DNA of 20,589 nt from an uncultured bacterium (GTDB lineage Bacteria > Lernaellota > Lernaellaia > Lernaellales > Lernaellaceae). Below the pieces are notes generated by a model. It was not told where the DNA came from. It saw only the letters and a program-made list of their open reading frames with translations, and searched no databases. Below, piece after piece: positions 16,058 through 20,589 of the stretch. The stretch lies in assembly GCA_964534375.1 (NCBI GenBank), contig CAZHPN010000102.1:1-20589 (forward strand), written 5' to 3'. The translations under genes were made by a program, and so were the position numbers. Each line of letters starts with the position of its first letter. The stretch's first letter is position 1.

Positions 16058-17539
16058 ATGCCAGAATCTGCATCCGAGAGCCGGGCGAGACAAACGCAAA
16101 TGGAATCGACGCCGGCGGCCGGCCGAGGTCCGGGGCCATCGACCGTCCGGCGCGTGCTGCTCGTGAGCCCGCCGGGTCCGTTCGCCTACTCGAGCGCGCA
16201 TCCCCATCTGGGGTTGGGATATTTATCGACGGCGCTGAAGCGCGCGGGGCACGACGTCCGGGTGCTCGATCTCGATTTGGAAACCTACCGGAAAAGCCGG
16301 CCGCAGGGGCGCGCGCTGCAACTTCTGCTGCAACAGGAATTCGACGCCGTCGGTTTCACCGTCATGACGCCGGATTTCCCCTTTATCAACAAAGCCGTGG
16401 CGGCGCTTCGCGACGCGCGGCGCACGGCCGTCGCGATCGTCGGCGGCGCCGGCCCGAGTTGCCTCGGCGCGCGGATCTTCGAGTATTTGCCGCAGGTCGA
16501 TTATGCGTTCGTCGGCGAGGCGGAAACCGGCCTGCCGGCGTTGCTCGCGCGGCTGGAACAGGGCGCGCCGTGCGACGACGTTCCCGGCTTGGTCTGGCGC
16601 GCGGACGGCGGGGTGCGCGCGAATCCGGCGGCGTTCATCGACGATCTCGACTCGCTCGGCCCGGTCGATTGGCCGGCGTTGCAGCCGCAACGCTACCCGA
16701 TCGACTATTTCGGCTTTCCGACGATTCCCGTGACCGTCACGCGCGGCTGTCCGTTTTCCTGCAACTACTGCGGCGGCGCCTTGACCGGCGGCCGGCGGAT
16801 GCGCTCGCGGTCGCCCGCGGCCGTCATCGACGAACTGGCCTTTCTGCGCCGCACCTTCGGCGTCGCGTCGTTCAGCGTCGTAGACGACAATCTCACCGTC
16901 AACAAGGCCGTCGCGCGCGAATTCGGCGAAAAATTGCTGGCCTCCGGGCTGAATTTTAAATGGCGATTTTATGCGGGGTTGCGCGTCGAGACGCTCGACC
17001 TGCCGCTCATGCAGCTTTATGAAAAGGCCGGCTGCTACTTCGCGAACGTTGCGATCGAATCGGGTTCGCAGCGCGTGCTCGACTTGATGAACCGGAAAAG
17101 CAATCTCGAACGCCTGACGACCATTCTCCGCGAAGTCGCCGCCGGCACGAATATCAAACTAATGGGGTATTTTATTCTCGGCTATCCGGGCGAAACCGTC
17201 GCCGAGGCGCGCGAGTCGATCGCCTTCGCGCGTTCTCTCCCGTTGCACCTGGCCTCGTTTTTCTCCTTCGTGCCGATTCCGGGCACGGCGGCGTTTCGGC
17301 AATTGCAGGACGAAGGCCGCCTCGAAAATTATGATATCGGCCGCAATTCGTTTTACGGCCGCTCCGAGTCGTTCACCGGCTATTCGACCCCAACGCTGCA
17401 TCGGCTGCACCGGCAGGCGTACCTGCGCTTCTATCTGCGGCCGCGCGTCGTTTACTCTTTGATTCGGGATTTGTCGTCGCTGGCGCAATTCCGCCGTTTG
17501 GCGGCGCGCGCGGTCAGCGTTCTGCTCCGCCGCGGCTGA
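16058..17539 (+). CDS. B12-binding-domain radical SAM enzyme
   Basis: VLLVSPP, HLGLGYL, IVGGAGPS, FVGEAE, TRGCPFSCNYC, VDDNL, IESGSQRVL, FILGYPGET, VPIPGT. Confidence 0.92.
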   Translation: MPESASESRARQTQMESTPAAGRGPGPSTVRRVLLVSPPGPFAYSSAHPHLGLGYLSTALKRAGHDVRVLDLDLETYRKSRPQGRALQLLLQQEFDAVGFTVMTPDFPFINKAVAALRDARRTAVAIVGGAGPSCLGARIFEYLPQVDYAFVGEAETGLPALLARLEQGAPCDDVPGLVWRADGGVRANPAAFIDDLDSLGPVDWPALQPQRYPIDYFGFPTIPVTVTRGCPFSCNYCGGALTGGRRMRSRSPAAVIDELAFLRRTFGVASFSVVDDNLTVNKAVAREFGEKLLASGLNFKWRFYAGLRVETLDLPLMQLYEKAGCYFANVAIESGSQRVLDLMNRKSNLERLTTILREVAAGTNIKLMGYFILGYPGETVAEARESIAFARSLPLHLASFFSFVPIPGTAAFRQLQDEGRLENYDIGRNSFYGRSESFTGYSTPTLHRLHRQAYLRFYLRPRVVYSLIRDLSSLAQFRRLAARAVSVLLRRG

Positions 17540-17571
17540 TGCGCAGCCCGGCCGCTCTTGGATTTTCCGGC

Positions 17572-17730
17572 TTATTGGCGAACGCGGCGCACGGCCCAAA
17601 CGACGAGCCAGACCGTGAGCGTCGCCAACGCGATCGGATAGCCGGCGCGAAACGCCACAAACCGTTTGAAGCGCAAAAAGACGGCGCCGTCGCCCATAAC
17701 CAAATAGGGCAGCAGGAAAACGTGCGCCGC
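17572..17730 (-). pseudogene. 3' remnant of a membrane-protein gene fused to the end of the aldo/keto reductase
   Basis: Frame ending at 17572 reads AAHVFLLPYLVMGDGAVFLRFKRFVAFRAGYPIALATLTVWLVVWAVRRVRQ*: a TM helix plus basic tail with no start of its own. Confidence 0.5.
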
Positions 17731-18875
17731 GGATTGAGGCAAGTTGCGCAGGCGTTGAAAGGTTCTTTCCGCGGCAGATCGGCGAAGCGCTCGCGCGCGA
17801 ACTCGGGCAGACGGTAGTTGGTCCAATACTGCTCGATCCGCAACAGCGTCGGGACATCCACGCCGCGCGGGCACGCGGCCGCGCAACGTCCGCAGCCGGT
17901 CGCGCAATAATCGGCCGTCGTCGCCGCCGCGAACGCGGACAGCGCCAACGCGTCCGCAACGTTGAGCGGCGCACCCGAAGCGCCGAGATATTCGTCGAGT
18001 TGCTCGCGGTCTTTGATGGTGATGACCACGCCGTTGACGGCAGGCTGGCTCAATGCCCACGCGATGGCCGCTTGCGAAAACGATCGCCCGCTCGGCGCGG
18101 CGATCTTCGCCTGCCGCGCGTTCGCCAGCACCTTCATCGCGACCACGCCGACCCGTGTTTCGGCTGCCTTGCGCAGATGGTCGCGCAATTCAGGCGTTTG
18201 CTGAAAATTCAAGGCCGGCATGACCATGTCGAAGCGGTCGGCGCCGATGGCTTTTTGCATCGCCTCGTTCAAGAGCTTCGGGCCATGCGAAGTCACGCCG
18301 GCGAAACGCGTTTTCCCCAACTTTTTCAACCGCTTGAACAGCGTTTGTACCGCCGCGCCGATTTTCGTCGCCGGGTCGAGCCATTCCAAATCCGAACGGC
18401 CGTTTTCGCCGATCGAATGAAGTTGAAGAATGTCGATGTGGCCGCGCCCGAGCTTCTGTAGCAACGCGTCGACGCACTCCTCGAGTTTGGCCACCGGGTT
18501 CGCCGAAAAGCGAAAGAAAATGCTCTCGCATTCCAATTTGCTGGCGACGATCGCGTCGCGGCGCATACGGGCGTCCCGTGCAAACGCTGCCGCGAGCATC
18601 TCGACGCTCCAGGTGTAGAAAGGCGAAATGTCGAAGTAGTTGATGCCGCGATTGAATGCCTCCACGAGCAACTGCGGATCGGTCGAAACCGCCACGCCGA
18701 ATCCGATATCGCCGATCTGCAGGCCGATCTTGCCGAGGACGTTGTATTGCCTGACCGTTGGTTTGTCCGAGCCAACCCGGTTGTTGGCCGCTCGGAGCGC
18801 GTCGGCCGCAAGCCGCGCCGTTCCCGGCGCCAGAACTAGCGGAAAAGCCTTTAAGAAATCACGCCGTTTAATTAT
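17731..18875 (-). pseudogene. Tat-exported aldo/keto reductase with C-terminal Fe-S domain, probably truncated (reading frame runs on to 17514)
   Basis: IKRRDFLK twin-arginine motif, LGKIGLQIGDIGFG, GINYFDISPFY, IDILQLHS, GVTSH, VAMKVL, and Fe-S motif CATGCGRCAAACP. The second motif stops after CATC. The codon before IKRR is ATA (18875) rather than ATG; an upstream in-frame GTG at 18944 is possible. Confidence 0.7.
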
Positions 18876-19038
18876 GCCGATCTCGTCGCTTTGCGTCGCA
18901 TTCGCCCCGAGGCACTTGTAACAAAAAACCCGGCGAAAAGCCACGAGACCTCGCCCTGAACTCCCCCTGTCGGCGCCGTAAGAAAGGGCAAGGCCGGCAC
19001 GACGCACCTTTCTCGCGCAAACATTTTCTTCCGGCTGC

Positions 19039-20109
19039 TTATCCGCCGTAATGCAAGATCGTGCCGCCCGCGCCAACGACGAAAATGTCGGTCGGTCCAG
19101 ACGCCCAGATGCCGGCTAGGTCCTCGGTTGTGCCGCTGACCATCGGCGTGACGTTCGCGCCGTCCCAACGGAGAATGGTCCCCGCGGCGCCGCTGACGAA
19201 CAAGTCCGTTGAGCTGTCGCCCCAGATCCCCGTCAAGTCTTCGGTTGTGCCGGTCGTCAATGCGTCCCATCGACTGCCGCCGGAATTCCACAACAGCATG
19301 GTCCCGGCGGCGCCCACGGCGCACGCGTCGTTGTCGTCAGGATTCCAAACGCCGTAAAAAGTCGCCGCAACGGTCGGAAAACCCGGGACGGGCTGCCAAC
19401 TTTGACCGCGCTCAAGGATGAAGTAGGTTCCCGCGTTCCCGACCGCGCTCAAGTTGCCTTGGGCGTCCTCGACAATGCTCCACAGATCTTCCCTTGTATT
19501 GATGGTCATCGACACGTACGCGCTCGTGCCGGCGTTCCATTGCAATATCACGCCGCCCCAGCCGCAAATGAAAGAGTCGGCCGAGTCGGAAAGGCCGGCG
19601 ATGCTCGTCAAGGTCGTCGCTCCGCCGCCGGTCAACGGCCCCCACGTAGAGGATGTCTTTGCGACGATCGTGCCGGCATCGCCGACCGCCCACGCGTTTC
19701 CGGTCGTGGAGTCGACCCAAACGCCGCGCAACAAGTTGCTGTTTCCGCTGCTTTCCGGCGACCAAGCGGAGCCGTCATAATGCAGGATCGCGCCGCCGGC
19801 TCCGACGGCGAATACGTTCGTCGACGACGCCCCCATGACGCCGTGCAAATCCGCGGTCGTGCCGCTCGACATTGGCAAAAACACGTCTTCGTCATTATCG
19901 TCGTTGTCATTGTCATCGTCGTTGTCATTGTCGTTGTCATCATCGTCGTTGTCATCGTTGTTGTCATTGTCGTCGTCGTCCTGAAACGAATCATCGTCGC
20001 CCTGATTGTGCGCTGCGCCGCCGCTGCTGTTCCCGCTGCCTCCGCACGCGATCATCAACACAGTCGACAACATCGCGGAGAGCAGAAGCAACCAACCCAT
20101 GGATTTCAT
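19039..20109 (-). CDS. Lipoprotein with Asp/Asn-rich linker and seven-repeat beta-propeller
   Basis: AAGGAG RBS, signal ending LMIA-C, (D/N)-rich linker, seven repeats of type LxGIWGxSxTDVFAVGxxGTILHYDGxxW. Confidence 0.88.
   Translation of the reverse strand: MKSMGWLLLLSAMLSTVLMIACGGSGNSSGGAAHNQGDDDSFQDDDDNDNNDDNDDDDNDNDNDDDNDNDDNDEDVFLPMSSGTTADLHGVMGASSTNVFAVGAGGAILHYDGSAWSPESSGNSNLLRGVWVDSTTGNAWAVGDAGTIVAKTSSTWGPLTGGGATTLTSIAGLSDSADSFICGWGGVILQWNAGTSAYVSMTINTREDLWSIVEDAQGNLSAVGNAGTYFILERGQSWQPVPGFPTVAATFYGVWNPDDNDACAVGAAGTMLLWNSGGSRWDALTTGTTEDLTGIWGDSSTDLFVSGAAGTILRWDGANVTPMVSGTTEDLAGIWASGPTDIFVVGAGGTILHYGG
19891..19980 (-). repeat. Low-complexity GAC/GAT/AAC/AAT codon array encoding a 30-residue Asp/Asn tract
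   Basis: Encodes DDDDNDNNDDNDDDDNDNDNDDDNDNDDND. Confidence 0.9.
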
Positions 20110-20136
20110 GAAATTAACTCCTTTAGTTTAACGACA

Positions 20137-20166
20137 ACGGTAGCCCTCGACAACGGCCAAAGTCAA
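20137..20166 (-). promoter_or_regulatory. Candidate promoter of the lipoprotein gene
   Basis: Minus strand TTGACT (20166-20161), 18-bp spacer, TACCGT (20142-20137). Confidence 0.4.
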
Positions 20167-20277
20167 GGCGGCGGCGGCACGACTGCAAGAAGCGGGGAAG
20201 ATGTCCGGTGTATAAGCGGGAGTAAATGTCCACTTCACCGGCGGAGTGGATTAGACAAGTGCGATGAAGCACTTAAC

Positions 20278-20589
20278 CCGAAGTTCCGGACGTTTTAAGG
20301 CATTGAACCGGGATATCTCTTTGATAAGGCAGGAGATTTTCCTGAAAGAACCGCGCCAAATGTACCCATGTATTCGAAACATTAATCTCGATTTCATTGA
20401 AGATGTGTGCTATTTAGTTGCCATGTATATCGAAACAGCCCCCAATCGCAATTTCTCGCCGGCCATCCTGCTGCGCGAAGCGTGGCGCGAGGACGGCAAG
20501 ATCAAAAAACGCACCATCGCCAATCTCACGCATTGGCCGGCCGATCGGCCTGGAGGTCTACCCGGGCAACACCGGCGATCCGACGACCG
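20278..20589 (+). mobile_element. IS1634-family element, left end, internally deleted; runs off the window
   Basis: Putative terminal repeat CCGAAGTTCC at 20278 followed by an AT-rich leader and a transposase N-terminus from 20423. The boundary is inferred from recalled IS1634 ends. Confidence 0.75.
20423..20589 (+). pseudogene. IS1634-family transposase remnant
   Basis: MYIETAPNRNFSPAILLREAWREDGKIKKRTIANLTHWP (characteristic IS1634 N-terminus), joined out of frame to GRPIGLEVYPGNTGDPTT (catalytic-core motif). Absent from the ORF track. Confidence 0.85.

Noticed and set aside
11579..17539. RiPP biosynthetic cluster
   Set aside because: No credible precursor peptide, RRE/SPASM domain, peptidase or exporter was seen.
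19891..19980. CRISPR-like array
   Set aside because: Triplet low-complexity coding tract with no repeat-spacer structure and no cas genes.
20229..20250. Hairpin TCCACTTC-ACCGGC-GGAGTGGA as terminator
   Set aside because: No U-tract and no gene ends pointing into it; function unsupported.

Overview
GC-rich bacterial window. The acidic DDDND-linker lipoproteins and the gene content suggest a deltaproteobacterial/Myxococcota-like lineage, but this is inference only. The left part is mostly housekeeping: ogt-like methyltransferase, ppiD-like foldase, and a tRNA-Ala(GGC)/tRNA-Leu(CAA) operon, preceded by a probably truncated beta-propeller lipoprotein. Right after tRNA-Leu an accessory-looking region begins. 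It holds a disrupted membrane/spermidine-synthase-like fusion gene, a membrane-anchored multiheme cytochrome c, and a membrane protein with a propeller-like domain. It then has a radical-SAM-rich cluster: a Tes/GDGT-MAS(MJ0619)-like radical SAM enzyme, a SAM methyltransferase, a GT2 glycosyltransferase and two divergent B12-dependent radical SAM enzymes. Next come a Tat aldo/keto reductase apparently truncated by a deletion, a 7-repeat beta-propeller lipoprotein, and the left end of an internally deleted IS1634 element. The best candidate for an undescribed system is the Tes-like + 2x B12-rSAM + GT2 + methyltransferase cluster, a putative lipid/glycolipid or envelope modification pathway. All family assignments come from motif recognition by eye; no database searches were run.
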